This document shows, piece by piece, positions 10,092 through 21,977 of a stretch of 64,000 bases of DNA. The notes beneath the pieces were generated by a model. It worked only from the letters and a program-made list of their open reading frames with translations, searched no databases and was not told the DNA's origin. The stretch spans positions 138,452 through 202,451 of the forward strand of contig CAVZQN010000007.1 of NCBI GenBank assembly GCA_963777505.1. Reading direction: 5' to 3'. A program made the position numbers and the translations under genes. How positions within the stretch are numbered: the stretch's first letter is position 1; the number at the start of each line of letters is the position of its first letter. This DNA is from an uncultured bacterium (GTDB lineage Bacteria > Acidobacteriota > HRBIN11 > JAKEFK01).

Positions 10092-13075
10092 TTGATGCAA
10101 AAGGCGACAATCCTTTTGATTCACTTCTTGCTCTACTGCAGTTCTACCTTTGCCCTGGATCCGAACAAAGCCATTACTCAATATGTACGCGATTCCTGGC
10201 AAGTCGAAAATGGTCTTCCACAAAACTCCGCCATGTGCATTTTACAAACACGCGATGGTTATCTCTGGATTGGAACAGAAGAAGGGCTCGCGCGTTTTGA
10301 TGGCGTCCGCTTTAAGGTGTTCGACAAATCAAACACTAAAGAAATCGAAGAAAATTGGATGAATGGTCTCGCGCAAGACCGCAATGGAACACTCTGGATT
10401 GGGACTGATGGTGGTGGGTTGCTGCGCTACAAAGCGGGCAAGTTTGAACGTTTTATGCCTAAAGAAATTCATCCAAGGGTTTGGCCAATTTATGAAGATC
10501 GCAAAGGAACTTTGTGGGTTGGCACTCTTGGAGGCGGACTCTTCCAGGTTAAAAACGAAAAGATTCTCCGCAAATACAAAGTCAACGATGGACTCTCCAG
10601 CAATGCAATCTGGTCAATTCTGGAAGATAAGAAAGGAAACCTTTGGATTGGAACAGCGAAAGGTCTAGATCTTTTGAAAAATGGAAAGTTTGTTCAGTAT
10701 GCACCGATTGAACGAGTCGCTGCACTCAATGAAGACCGCGAAGGAAATTTATGGGTTGGGAGTGGCAATGGCGGGCTCTGGCGTTTTCGTGATGGCAAAT
10801 CGGTGATGTTCTCAACAAAGGATGGATTAATTAACAACATCATTGGCAGCATTTTAGAAGATCGCGCCGGAAACGTTTGGATTGGTACAAACGGAGGCGG
10901 CTTGAGCCGGTGGAAAGATGGTTTATTCGAATCGTTTCAACTCACAACCGGCGATCAGAATTTTGCACTTCATGAAGATCGAGAAGGAAGCCTCTGGATT
11001 GGATTAGTTCCAGGAGGTTTGCACCGGCTGGCGGATGGCGCTTTTGTGAGTTTCGGAATCGAAGAAGGACTTCCGGATGATCATGTTTTTTCTGTTCATG
11101 AAGGTAAACAAGAAGGCGTTTGGATTGGAACAAGTGGCGGTGTAGCGCAGAAACAAAAAGACGGCAGCTGGATCAAATATTCCAAGTTGAATGGTCTTTC
11201 CAGCAATTCGATTAGTGCCGTGTTCGAAGATACTGAAGGATTTCTGTGGGTAGGCACTTATGATTCGGGATTGAACCGCTGCAAGAATGGAAAATGCATT
11301 CAGTTCACAAGACAATCCAGTTCGAGTGTGGAACCTGAGAATCCGATCTGGTCTCTTCAAGAGGATCGAGATGGAGGAATGTGGATTGGTACAAATGGAG
11401 CGGGAGTTTCTTCGCTCAAGAATGGAAAATTTACTGACTATTCTACTTCGCAAGGACTTTCCGATATTGATGTGCACGCAATCGTTCAAGATGATGATGG
11501 CAGTCTTTGGTTTGGAACAGAAGGTGGCGGGCTGAATCATCTGAGCAATGGTAAATTTCGCGTTTACACGAGTCGTGATGGACTTTCAAATGATCGGATT
11601 CTCAGCCTTTATAAAGATGCTGAAGGAAATTTGTGGATAGGCACGCGCGAGGGCTTGAATCGTCATTACAAAGGGAAATTTACTCAGTACAGAAAAAAAG
11701 ACGGCCTGTTTGACGATCTTATTCATGGGGTTCGTGAAGACGATCAAGGAAACTTATGGATGACCTGCAATCGTGGTGTTTTCAGGGTTAGCAAAAAAGA
11801 GTTAAACGATTTCGCATTGGGAAACATCACTTCTATACGTTCTATTGTTTATGGAAAACCGGATGGCTTAAGAACATCCGAGTGTATCGGAGCAAATCAG
11901 CCGGGACTTTGGAAATCGCATGATGGCAAGTTGTGGGTTCCAACGATCCGCGGAGTCGGCGTTGTTGATCCTTCTCAACTGATGGCTAATAAAGTTAAAC
12001 CTCCTGTTTATATTGAAGACATTTTGATTGATGATGTTCCGTTCATTAGGACAAAAGGCTCAGGCAATTGAATTTTCGCCAGGAAAGAAGAAATTTGAAT
12101 TTCGTTACACCTCTCTCAGTTTATTAATTCCGCAAAGAGTAAAATTTCGCTACAAGCTGGTGGGTTTTGATCAAGATTGGGTAGAAGCCGGCACAAGGCG
12201 AGTCGCCTATTACACTGGACTCACTCCGGGTCACTATCGTTTCAGTGTGATAGCCAGCAATAACGATGGACTTTGGAATGAGACTGGCGATTCACTTGGT
12301 TTTTATTTAAAGCCATATTTTTATCAGACCTTCTGGTTTTACTTATTGTGCGCCATCGGTCTTTCTTTGGTAGCGGCTGCGATCTACCGTTTCCGGATCA
12401 AGAAAATCAAAGCGGAATTCGATGCAGTGCTGGCTGAACGTACACGGATTGCGCGAGAAATTCATGATACTCTCGCGCAGGGTTTATCTGGAATTGTTTT
12501 GCAGCTTGATGCTGCACAAGAAGTCAAAAGTCAGAAAGAATCCAATTATCATTTTTCAAAAGCCCAGGATCTTGCAAGAAGCAGTTTGAAAGAAGCCCGT
12601 CGAACAATCTGGGCATTGCGACCACAAGAGCTGGAATCATCTGGATTACCAACTGCAATTTCGGAAACTGCAAAAAGAATCATTGCTGATAGCGATCTGC
12701 AATTTCAAATGAATGTGATCGGAGAACCGCGCAAACTTTCACCGCAAGTAGAGGAACAACTTCTTCGCATTTCACAAGAAGCCATCACAAACGTTATGAA
12801 GCATGCCCGCGCAAAAGCTCTTTGGGTCGGAAGTGAAGTATGAATCAAACAAGATCGAGTTGTTGGTGCGGGATGATGGTGTCGGATTCAATCCGGATAC
12901 CGCTTCGACAGATGGGCATTTTGGATTGACTGGCATCAAAGAACGCGTGCATCAAATCAAAGGAGCACTCCGCATTCAGAGTCAACCGGAAACAGGAACC
13001 GAACTACTTCGTTTCTGTGTCTTTGTAGGGGCGGGTAAAAATACGTACTACTCCAAATGTATAATACCGCGTTGA
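10092..13075 (+). CDS. Sensor histidine kinase with beta-propeller (Reg_prop) repeats, Y_Y_Y domain, HisKA_3 and HATPase; split by indels near 12050 and 12830
   Basis: Repeated DxxGxLWIGT; YRFSVIASNNDG; TM; ERTRIAREIHDTLAQ; EAITNVMKHA; DDGVGF..GHFGLTGIKER across three frames. Confidence 0.9.
13025..13036 (+). repeat. Truncated GTAG-type REP-like element
   Basis: GTAGGGGCGGGT, identical to the first 12 nt of the copies at 62310 and 63441. Confidence 0.45.
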
Positions 13076-13671
13076 AGCGCAGCCGTTGCAGCTTGAGTTC
13101 GATCGCTGACACCGAGCTTGATCAAGACATTGCTAACGTATCCTTTTATTGTTCCTTCGGTTGTATGAAGTTGAGCAGCAATTTCCTTATTGGATAGACC
13201 ATTCACAATTAGTTTCAGGACATCCGATTCGCGAGTGGTCAGATCAGAAGATGGAATGCGAGCAGCCAAACGTTCAGCAATTTCCGATGGAATTTTTCGC
13301 TCTCCCGCATGAACAGCACGGATCGTTTCTAATAAAACTTTTGTCGGTGATTCTTTTTGGAGATAGGCACGAGCGCCGCCATGAAGCGCACGATAAATAT
13401 CTTCCTCACCATGAAACGATGTCATGACAATGATTCGCGCGTCGCGAAACGTTTTGCGAATCTCCCCTATCGCATCCTGTCCACTCATTTTTGGCATCAC
13501 CAAATCCAACAACAAAACATCCGGCCTGTTCAATCGGTAAGCTTCAACCGCTTCCACTCCATTTTCCGCCGCCGCAACGACAAGCATGTCCGGTTGTGCA
13601 TTGATGATCGCGATCAATCCTTCACGCACAACCGGATGATCATCGGCTACAACTATTCGAATTGGTTCCAT
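13048..13671 (-). CDS. NarL/LuxR family response regulator
   Basis: IVVADDHPVVREG, LLDLVMP receiver; LTTRESDVL...GLSNKEIA LuxR HTH; convergent with the HisKA_3 kinase. Confidence 0.95.
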   Translation of the reverse strand: MEPIRIVVADDHPVVREGLIAIINAQPDMLVVAAAENGVEAVEAYRLNRPDVLLLDLVMPKMSGQDAIGEIRKTFRDARIIVMTSFHGEEDIYRALHGGARAYLQKESPTKVLLETIRAVHAGERKIPSEIAERLAARIPSSDLTTRESDVLKLIVNGLSNKEIAAQLHTTEGTIKGYVSNVLIKLGVSDRTQAATAALQRGIIHLE

Positions 13672-13911
13672 CGGTCCTTGTCCTCAGTTTATTTAGGATA
13701 GGCCCCTAAAAGCGATTCCCTGAGTAGCTATGGTTAGCTATTTTTACCTAACTTTCGTCTATCTTTGACGTGCTTGCCTTGAACGCTTCTTCAGGTAATA
13801 CTTGGAAAGAAGACAAATCCTTTTTCAAACGATTTTTACTCTGTGGAGTAAAAATACTCGTAAACAACCAACCAGAACAAACAGGTAAAGACAATTCTTA
13901 TCAGGAGGAAC

Positions 13912-14376
13912 ATGCCTACAAAGAAAATCGCGACCTGGGTCTGGATCGTGGTGTGCACAATCTTTATTGCCGCTCCGGTACTGGCTGCGGATCAGTCGGA
14001 TCTTGCGGGCCGCGCCGCAACATGGGAGAAAGAGTACAACGCAAATAACCTGGATGCTGTTGCGGCAATGTACGCGGCAGATGGCTGTCGTATGCCACCA
14101 AACCAGGAAACCGCCCGGAATTCAGAAGGAATCCTGGCACAGCTTAAGGCCGGTAAAGAACAAGGCGTAACGAAGGTCAAAATTACTGTGACTTCTAGCG
14201 AAACCATGGGCGAGATGGGATGGGGCACAGGCACATACGAAATCATAGGCGCTGATGGTACGAAAGTAGACAGCGGCAAGTGGATGAATGTGTCGAAGAA
14301 TGTAAAAGGAACCTGGAAAATGCAGTGCGATATCTGGAATTCTAACATGCCTCTTCCGACCAGCCCGAAAAAATAG
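13912..14376 (+). CDS. Exported DUF4440/YybH (NTF2-like) protein
   Basis: Signal peptide; NLDAVAAMYAADG..MPP...DSGKW..V....G.WK...DIWNSN; AGGAGG RBS. Confidence 0.85.
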   Translation: MPTKKIATWVWIVVCTIFIAAPVLAADQSDLAGRAATWEKEYNANNLDAVAAMYAADGCRMPPNQETARNSEGILAQLKAGKEQGVTKVKITVTSSETMGEMGWGTGTYEIIGADGTKVDSGKWMNVSKNVKGTWKMQCDIWNSNMPLPTSPKK

Positions 14377-14509
14377 CATTTCATCTTTGCACCCATGAAG
14401 CTTTTACGCCTCATGGGTGTGTCCCCTATGCCCCCGGCATCATAGGTTTTTCCCGCAGCAGCCGGGGGGTGAATCAATTCTCAAGAATCTTCGGCCCGCC
14501 ACTTATCTG

Positions 14510-15526
14510 CTAATCGCCGACTTGAACCAGGGTGTATCCAATGTCATTTTTGTTTGCGATGTCTTCCGGAAAGGATTCCAAAAATCGATTCCAGTCCTCT
14601 TTGTGGATCGTCTGACATCCCGCGCTGCCGGTTTCGCTGTTATACCCGGTATGGATCAGAATCGTTTTTCCTGATTTTTTATCATCGTGACCATCGTTGA
14701 AAAAGCCATCGCCATTCAGATCGCGCTCAACAGGAACGTCTTCTGTGGGTCTCAAAGCCGGCTCTTGTTTCGTTCCATCTTTTGTTTCCACGTCACGTGT
14801 GCTCACTTCATACTTGTAAAATCCAGGCAGGAGACGTCCGCCATCCCTGTTTCCATCCTTGTTTACATCCTGCGAAGATGTTTCTGTAAATTTGCGGGCA
14901 GGATCCACAGTTGCTTTTTTGAATTCTTCGACCCTTTTTGTTCCGTCTTTTTCCTGCCATAAAACGGCGAGCGTATCATCATACACACCTTTGGAATTCA
15001 ACGTTTTCGGGTCAAGTTTGCCTGCGTCGATTGCTGTCGGATTACGGATCCCTACGATATTACGGGCTCCCGCTTCTGAATTAAATGTACCACCGCCAAG
15101 CTCAGTTAGGTTTTTGTAGTGATCAAACTTCTGGCTTTCCGTCATCTTTGTCGTGTCAACTTTGGCGACGTCCTGTGCACTTGAAGGCGGCGCGGGCAGT
15201 TCACATTCTCCGGTGGAAACTTCCTTTGAAGCCGTTCCTTTCGACCCCGGATGCTGAGGAATGCCTTCATATATATTGTCGCGAAATGATTTTCCGGTCT
15301 CTAAGGCGCGATTGAGAGAATCTTTCATCATCTCCGCTCCCATTTCCATATACCCTTTTTGTTCAGTAGCAGGAGCCGAAGCATTCGCCGGCTGTCCCGT
15401 TACTTCGCTGGATGATGTCGATGGGGTCTCGCACGTCTCCGCTGACACTTGTGTGTTCTCTGGAGTTGACGTTTGTGAAACAGTATCTGTTCTTGCAAAA
15501 GAACTTTTTGATGTCTGAGGTATCAT
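14510..15526 (-). CDS. Putative secreted effector with L,D-transpeptidase-like (YkuD-fold) catalytic motif
   Basis: S/T-rich N-terminus, motif B KGYMEMGAEMMKDSL; C-terminal ILIHTGYNSETGSAGCQTI (H...SxGC); GGAG RBS before ATG 15526. Confidence 0.65.
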   Translation of the reverse strand: MIPQTSKSSFARTDTVSQTSTPENTQVSAETCETPSTSSSEVTGQPANASAPATEQKGYMEMGAEMMKDSLNRALETGKSFRDNIYEGIPQHPGSKGTASKEVSTGECELPAPPSSAQDVAKVDTTKMTESQKFDHYKNLTELGGGTFNSEAGARNIVGIRNPTAIDAGKLDPKTLNSKGVYDDTLAVLWQEKDGTKRVEEFKKATVDPARKFTETSSQDVNKDGNRDGGRLLPGFYKYEVSTRDVETKDGTKQEPALRPTEDVPVERDLNGDGFFNDGHDDKKSGKTILIHTGYNSETGSAGCQTIHKEDWNRFLESFPEDIANKNDIGYTLVQVGD

Positions 15527-15742
15527 GTAGCACTTCTCCAAACTAATTTCGATTAGACAGATCAGGCTTAACAAGCCACAATCCCGTCCATTTATTAGTG
15601 CGGAAAAATCAAGCGCATGGGATCATCTCCATTTTCAACCGTGGTGGGCAATTCTCAAATTCATCGTGGCTATACCGGCCGTTCATTCGGTCTATCGATT
15701 GTTCACGATACGAAGATTTCTGCGTACGGAAAAAGCAGCCCA

Positions 15743-15774
15743 CGTTCACTCCCTTTTCCACCCGTCTTTATTAA
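15743..15774 (+). promoter_or_regulatory. Unassigned bipartite box CGTYCACT-N12/13-CGTCTTNNTTAA
   Basis: CGTTCACT-cccttttccacc-CGTCTTTATTAA, 48 bp upstream of ATG 15823; same box at 41591, 46004 and 46948. Confidence 0.6.
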
Positions 15775-15822
15775 CGATTGCAGTTGCGCGGTGATATTTT
15801 CGCGCATCTTGGAGGAGATAAC

Positions 15823-17238
15823 ATGGGCGATCTAAAAGTATCTGGAAATGTTGTACATCAAGGAGCACCGAAAACTGTTGATGAGCAAGTGCTCGATATT
15901 ACCGAAAGCCGGACAATGCCGCCAGGCAAGAAATTAGATGAATTGGAAAACACCTTTAAAAATTTACCCGATGGTGAGAAGAAGGAACTTTACGATCGTT
16001 TGAAAACGAAAAATAGACAGGATCCTGTATCCCGTTCATTTCATTACCGGTTCGCCCATTCAGGAAGCCCGGGGAAACTTTCGGAAGTGGATCGTCTCCT
16101 CAATGCGTTAAAGCCAGATCATGCGAAAGTGCCGGACAATCCAGCTGCAAAAAGCGGTCAACCTCCGAAATCTCCAACGAAGGGTCCATCCCCTAACCCG
16201 ATCAGCGACAAAACTGCAAGAGCAATCCTGATTGATTTTAAACCGCAAGCTCAGGAAGCAAAGACCGACTTTGGACCTGAAATTCAGGTCATGTCTAAAG
16301 ACATCCTTAAAACTCCAGCCGAAAAAGTTCAATACGCCCGCGAACGTTTAGAAAAAGCGAGCAAAGATGATTTGAGAAAAATTATTACCGAATCACAAAA
16401 TTGGCCCGAAGACAGCAGACAAATAGTATCTGAAGCAATGGCTGGATCTACAAAAGTAATGGGACGTCTCGCAAAAGAATTTACTCCGGTCGAGGCAGAA
16501 AAAATTATTGAGCGAGCGAAGTATGATTCCAAAAATGTAGAACCTGATGCTGTAGCGAAAAATGCAAAAGGTCTTCGGGCGTGGATGGACAATGCTGATC
16601 CTGTCGCATTGAATGTTCTTATGAGTAAAAGTTCTATATTGCATTCTGAGATTGCGGAGCAGGTCAAGGCAAACGATCTTGGAGTGTTTCAAAAATTACC
16701 TCCGAGAAACAAAGGCGACATCATTCAATTTGGCGTTATGACGGGATCGGATATGACGAATGGTCTGCGTTCGATGAGACCCTCTGAAAAGAATTCCACA
16801 ATGGAACGGCTTCAACAAATGAATTTGACGGATAAATTTGTGAAAGCGAGCGGAGCGAACATCGATCAGCGCCTCCTGGATGGTATCGATATCGATAAAA
16901 AAACAAACTTATTTACTTCAGGTGCCAAGCAAGGCATTGATATGAGCCGCGGATTTCATGGAATGGATGCGTCAGATAAGAATGCTGTCTTTGATGCACT
17001 TCAAGCAAATAATGACACTCAAGTATTTCAGTCCTTTGTTAGAACAACGGCTCCTAAATTAGACGGTGGATTCTTAAAAGGTCTCAATTCTGAGAATGTT
17101 GAATCTTTGCGCAAGACATTACTTTTCCTTGGAGACGCAGCGAAGTTGAAGAACCAGACCGATCTCGCCATTCTTTACCAAGGTAAGGCGAATTATCTTG
17201 AAAACTGGGCTCAAGAAAACTTCAGGCGCCAGAAGTAA
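15823..17238 (+). CDS. Hypothetical helical protein, putative export substrate
   Basis: GGAGGAG RBS, MGDLKVSGNV start, no signal peptide, Pro-rich linker, duplicated C-terminal unit (GSDMTNGLRSM / GIDMSRGFHGM). Confidence 0.65.
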   Translation: MGDLKVSGNVVHQGAPKTVDEQVLDITESRTMPPGKKLDELENTFKNLPDGEKKELYDRLKTKNRQDPVSRSFHYRFAHSGSPGKLSEVDRLLNALKPDHAKVPDNPAAKSGQPPKSPTKGPSPNPISDKTARAILIDFKPQAQEAKTDFGPEIQVMSKDILKTPAEKVQYARERLEKASKDDLRKIITESQNWPEDSRQIVSEAMAGSTKVMGRLAKEFTPVEAEKIIERAKYDSKNVEPDAVAKNAKGLRAWMDNADPVALNVLMSKSSILHSEIAEQVKANDLGVFQKLPPRNKGDIIQFGVMTGSDMTNGLRSMRPSEKNSTMERLQQMNLTDKFVKASGANIDQRLLDGIDIDKKTNLFTSGAKQGIDMSRGFHGMDASDKNAVFDALQANNDTQVFQSFVRTTAPKLDGGFLKGLNSENVESLRKTLLFLGDAAKLKNQTDLAILYQGKANYLENWAQENFRRQK

Positions 17239-17256
17239 TGTTTTTTTGGATTCTCG

Positions 17257-18105
17257 CTATTCGTCAATGTTCTTATGAATGATCGGATTAAACGGAATTG
17301 CAGCTGGGGCGCTCTCCATCTGAGTCAGATCTTGATTGGATAAACCCTCTTGCCAAGCTTGTTCGGCAACAATTGCATCTGTAGTCGTCATCGGATCACG
17401 AGTCTGAGAAGGCTGAGCTTCTTTCGCTTGCCGCTCCTTTTCTTTCGCAATCTGCTCAGAGACGGAATTCATTTCGCTTTGTACTTCTTCCAGCTGTGAA
17501 TTCAATGACTCGATATTGGTGTCTATTTCTCCGATCTTTCGCTCCAGATCAGTCTTGATCTTTTGCAACTTTTGCTTGTATAGAATTTCTAGGCCTACAA
17601 CACCAGGAATGATGGGCAGGTCAGCAATCATCCCAACAATTCCTATTGGTTCCAGTAGTTTACGTAGTTCATCAGTAATCGGTAGATTTGAGTTGATCAT
17701 CTCCATTACTGAGGCAAGGGCTTTTTGAGCTTTTAACTTCTCGCCTTCTGCAACCTCGATTTGTGATTGAAGGTCTGCGCTTCTTTCATTTAGAGCATTC
17801 AAACGGTCCATTAATTGAGGTAAACGATTATCGAGTTGACCTACACTCGGCTCATAAGAACTAAACAGAGAGGAAGCTTCCACGGTAATATCTCGAGTTT
17901 GAGAAGGCTGGATTAAAGATGCACTCTGGGCTTGCTCCTCGAGATAATAGAAATTCTCAGGAGCAGCCTCAAACTGATCTGCGGTTTTCGCAATACCAAA
18001 ATTCGGAATTAGTGGAGTCTGAATTTGGACTGGACTTTCAGTTTGCGGATTTTGATTCACATCGACTATTACAGAATTTGGCATCCTTCTACTGATGAAA
18101 CTCAT
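17257..18105 (-). CDS. Coiled-coil protein with central hydrophobic hairpin (translocator-like), putative export substrate
   Basis: GGAGGAG RBS; motif A GIAKTADQFE; two coiled coils flanking LLEPIGIVGMIADLPIIPGVVGLEILY. Confidence 0.6.
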   Translation of the reverse strand: MSFISRRMPNSVIVDVNQNPQTESPVQIQTPLIPNFGIAKTADQFEAAPENFYYLEEQAQSASLIQPSQTRDITVEASSLFSSYEPSVGQLDNRLPQLMDRLNALNERSADLQSQIEVAEGEKLKAQKALASVMEMINSNLPITDELRKLLEPIGIVGMIADLPIIPGVVGLEILYKQKLQKIKTDLERKIGEIDTNIESLNSQLEEVQSEMNSVSEQIAKEKERQAKEAQPSQTRDPMTTTDAIVAEQAWQEGLSNQDLTQMESAPAAIPFNPIIHKNIDE

Positions 18106-18179
18106 TTGTTCTCCTCCATATTGGTAACGCACAGATTTGCGTTAAACTCCCCAAAAATTCATGTGCATTTGAATGGTGG

Positions 18180-18419
18180 CTACGGCACCGGTATAGCGCT
18201 GTAAGAAACCTGACCGAGGTCATTCATCGATGGGTTGAATCCGATGAAGACAAATCCCTTTGCATCTTCGGCAATAGTCGTCAGGGTTCCATCTAACAGA
18301 TAAGAATAGTTCGGATCAGATGCTGGCTCTGGAAAAGAACCAGATTCACTCAGGCAAAATGGAATTTGAATTTGTGGTAACTGAGCCACCCGAAAAAGCC
18401 GCATCGATCCCCTCAACAA
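18180..18419 (-). pseudogene. Possible relic of an NxxGxVAF-type repeat surface protein
   Basis: TLTTIAED...FNPSMNDLGQVSY resembles PSINDxGQVAF repeats; no plausible start. Confidence 0.25.
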
Positions 18420-18576
18420 ATGATCGACAGTAATTAGTAGCCTTCCTGAAAAATCTCAGATCCACAAACTTTTTACGTTAAAGTCATTGACATGGGTTTT
18501 AACATGGTTTAATCTTCTTATTCTTCTTTCCGGTAACGGAACACCCCGATCCTTGTAATCGCAACCCATAAGTAAC

Positions 18577-19008
18577 ATGAAGCTTTCTATTTTCTTTATC
18601 GTTCTGATATCCGCTCAGTTTTGCGTGGAGGCATCAGAGAAGGTTCAGAACGGTTTGCTGGATCAAGAATTCACTATGAAGATTGGCCAGCAAGTTGAAT
18701 TCAAGCAGGACAAGCAGGAGAAGCTTCAGATTAAATTTACTTCCGTTCTTGAGGATTCCCGATGCCCAAAAGGCGAACAATGCATTACACAAGGGAATGC
18801 CAGGATTGAGCTGGAACTGGTGAAGGACGAAAAAGAATCTGCGTCCGTTCCGCTCAACACAGTTTCGGACTCTTCTGAAGCTGAATATCACGGCTTTACA
18901 ATCCATCTAATTTCTCTCAATCCTTATCCCGTGATGAATCGAAGTATCCGTGCAGAAGATTACGAAGCAGTACTGGAAGTGACGCTTACAAAGAATCGGC
19001 AACAATGA
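18577..19008 (+). CDS. Exported hypothetical protein with DSRCP..C motif
   Basis: Signal peptide; VLEDSRCPKGEQCITQGNA; LISLNPYP. Confidence 0.75.
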   Translation: MKLSIFFIVLISAQFCVEASEKVQNGLLDQEFTMKIGQQVEFKQDKQEKLQIKFTSVLEDSRCPKGEQCITQGNARIELELVKDEKESASVPLNTVSDSSEAEYHGFTIHLISLNPYPVMNRSIRAEDYEAVLEVTLTKNRQQ

Positions 19009-19070
19009 CGAATCTCGTGCTGTGATTCAGGTTACAGCACATTTCTAAGTAATCCCTTCAAGGAGGGTGC

Positions 19071-21894
19071 ATGAGAAAGTTGTTTTTGATTGCTACGATT
19101 CTATTCGTAGCCTTCCAGTTTACTTTTTTCGCTCACGCGGGCGACAAAAAGTCAAAAAACCAAAAAGCGCTTGATCCCGTCGGCATAAAACAGCTTAAGG
19201 AAGAGAGTCCAGCTAAAACCAAAGTCTACGTTTCAGATGCTACGGGCGCAGTGCGTTTTATCGGATTTGGTGCAGGCGGCGCGAAAGCGCTGGATAAAGC
19301 GGCTTCTGCGCAAGATCGATCTCTTTCATTCTTGCAGAAACACGGCAGTGTTTTTGGATTAAAGAATGCCATGACCGAATTGAAAATCATTGATGAAAGA
19401 AGTGATTTTCAAGGCGGAAAACATTTATCCTATGCGCAGCAGTATTTTGGAGTCCCTGTTTTTGCCGGAGTTCTCAAAACTCACTTCGATGCTGCCGGAC
19501 AGCTTCGCGCGATTAACGGCACCGTCATTCCGGAAATTAATGTGAATCACAATCCCACCAGAAAATCGGATGATGCTGCAGCTTCCGCTCTTGCAAGAAT
19601 CATTGATCAGAAAGGAAAGGACGAATCGATTTCTGTTGCGGGAACACGGTTAATGGTTTTTCGTTCAGGGCTTCTACAAGGCGTACCAGGCCAGAATCAT
19701 CTGGTATGGGAAGTTGAAGTTAGTAACGGAGCAGACGTCCGTGAGTTCGTTTACATCGACGCGCATACAGGCAAATTTGTAGATCAAATTACCGGTATCG
19801 TGGACTCAATGTTTCGTCGTGCATACGATGCGCTCGGTCAAACAGCACCTGGTCCAAATTATCCGGCCAGTCCCTACTGGGTAGAAGGTAATCCATTTCC
19901 GACAGCTTCAACCGAAGCCAACAACATGATTCTTGCCTCTGGCGAAGCATATGGATTCTTCTCAACTGCATTTGGCCGCGATTCGTTTGATGGCGTAGGC
20001 GGAATCATGGATTCCATTTTCAATCGAGGCAATGCATGCCCAAATGCTTCCTGGAATGGACAGTTCATTTCATTTTGCCCGGGCACCACTTCCGATGATG
20101 TAACAGTACATGAATGGGGCCATGCTTATACGCAATACACGCATGACTTGATTTACCAATGGCAATCGGGTGCGCTGAATGAATCGTATTCCGATATTTG
20201 GGGTGAAACTGTCGATATTATGAACGGACGTCAGACTGACACCCCTGGCACTCGTTGCTGCGAATAGCTGCAGTACATCCACAGCATTGCCACCCTCGGT
20301 TACAGTTAATTCTCCTCCAGCAATCGCAGGGCAAAAACAAGCAGGCAGCGCTGCTTTCGGTCCACAGAGCTTCAACCTTACGAATGACATTGTTCTTGCA
20401 AATGACGGCGTGGCGGCACCGAGCACAAGCGACGGATGTTGCGCTGCTCCCTCTTTTGTCTGTGCTCCTAATTCGTGGGCTAACGCCGCAGCAATAGCAG
20501 GCAAGATTGCACTTGTTGATCGCGGAACTTGCGGCTTTGAAATAAAGGCAAGAAACGCCCAGGCAAATGGTGCAGTTGGCGTAATCGTTGCGAACAATAC
20601 GGCGGGTATCATCAACATGGCTGGCGACGCGTTACCCGATCCCACAATCCCGTCACTATCAATCCTCCAAACTGATGGTAATGCAATCAAGGGTCAGCTC
20701 GCTATCCCTACCACGGTGAACGCAACATTAGCGCGTGGTGGAACAGGCTCAGATAACACTGTGCGCTGGTTGATGGGTGAAGATGCCACAGCCTTCGGCA
20801 GAGCGATCCGCGATATGTGGAATCCAACCTGTTATGGCAATCCCGGAAAAGTAACCGATACCCAATATTTCTGCGGAACGGGCGATAACGGTGGAGTACA
20901 TCTGAACTCGGGTGTGCCAAATCATGCATATGCGTTGATTGTCGATGGCGGTACCTATAACGGCCAAACAATTACTGCGTTAGGGTTTACAAAAGCAGCG
21001 CATATTTATTTCCGCGCAATGGCGGTTTACCAGGGTCCGGCAAGTAATTTCGCAGATCACGAAGTTTCTATCCTTCAATCTGCTGAAGATCTAGTTGGAA
21101 TGAATCTTCCCGATCTTGCTACGGGTTTGCCTTCAGGCCAAATCATTAGCACTGCTGATGTCACTGAAGTTGAACAAGCAATGCAAGCAGTTGAAATGAG
21201 CACATCGCCTACACAGTGCAACTTCCAGCCGATTCTGGCAAAGAACCCACCCGCACTCTGTGCGCCTGGTGACAAGTTGAAAGTACGTTTCAAAGACACT
21301 TTCGAAGATGTTGTTTTGTCCAACTCGCTCTGGAGTGTTAGTCATGAAGCGGTAACACCTGCTGACTTCACAGATCGTGATTGGGTGATTGTCACCGAGC
21401 TTCCGGATAATCGTGCAGGAAAAGGCTTCTTTGGAGTCAATCCGAACATCGGAACTTGTGGTCCTGGAGGAGATGAATCCGGCGTTCTTCACCTGACGAG
21501 TCCTCAGATTACCATACCATCCTCTGCATCGGCTCCAAGGATTTCCTTTGATCATTGGATCGCAACTGAAATTGGATGGGACGGTGGGAATGTAAAGGTC
21601 AGTGTAAACAATGGACCATGGCAGACTGTTCAATCAGCCGCCTTCATCTACAATCCCTACAACCTCGTGTTAAACCCTGCTCCAGGGAACACCAACCCGC
21701 TCGCGGGACAACCCGCATTTTCTGGAACCGATCAAGGTTCGGTTAGCGGGTCCTGGGGACGTTCCATCATTAACCTTACTGGGTACGCTGGTCCAAATGA
21801 TAAGATCAGAGTACGTTTAGATATTGGAAATGATGGATGTACCGGGATATTCGGTTGGTACATTGACGACTTCCAGGTCTATACCTGCAAGTAA
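19071..21894 (+). CDS. Secreted M4 (thermolysin-like) metallopeptidase with propeptide, inserted PA domain and C-terminal beta domain; indels near 20250-20290
   Basis: Signal peptide; CPNASWNG, VHEWGHAYT, SGALNESYSD; PA domain GKIALVDRGTCGF; GGVHLNSGVPNHA. Confidence 0.9.
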
Positions 21895-21907
21895 TTTGGA
21901 ATTACAC

Positions 21908-21937
21908 AAAGGGCGTCCCACCGGACGCCCTTTTTTT
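21908..21937 (+). terminator. Rho-independent terminator
   Basis: AAAGGGCGTCC-CACC-GGACGCCC followed by T7. Confidence 0.85.
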
Positions 21938-21977
21938 CTGCTATGTATAAAGGATAGTAGGCACTCCTGTTTTCGAA

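Noticed and set aside
10200-11960. Recurring TGGATTGG-like words
   Set aside because: Encode WIGT of beta-propeller repeats in the sensor kinase
15565-15605. CCGCACT...GGCTTGTTAA upstream of 15526 as another copy of the novel box
   Set aside because: Spacer too long and CGTC missing
18138-18153. TGGGGAGTTTAACGCA as a sigma54 promoter for 18105
   Set aside because: GG-N10-GC spacing is met but flanking consensus is poor; not listed as a feature
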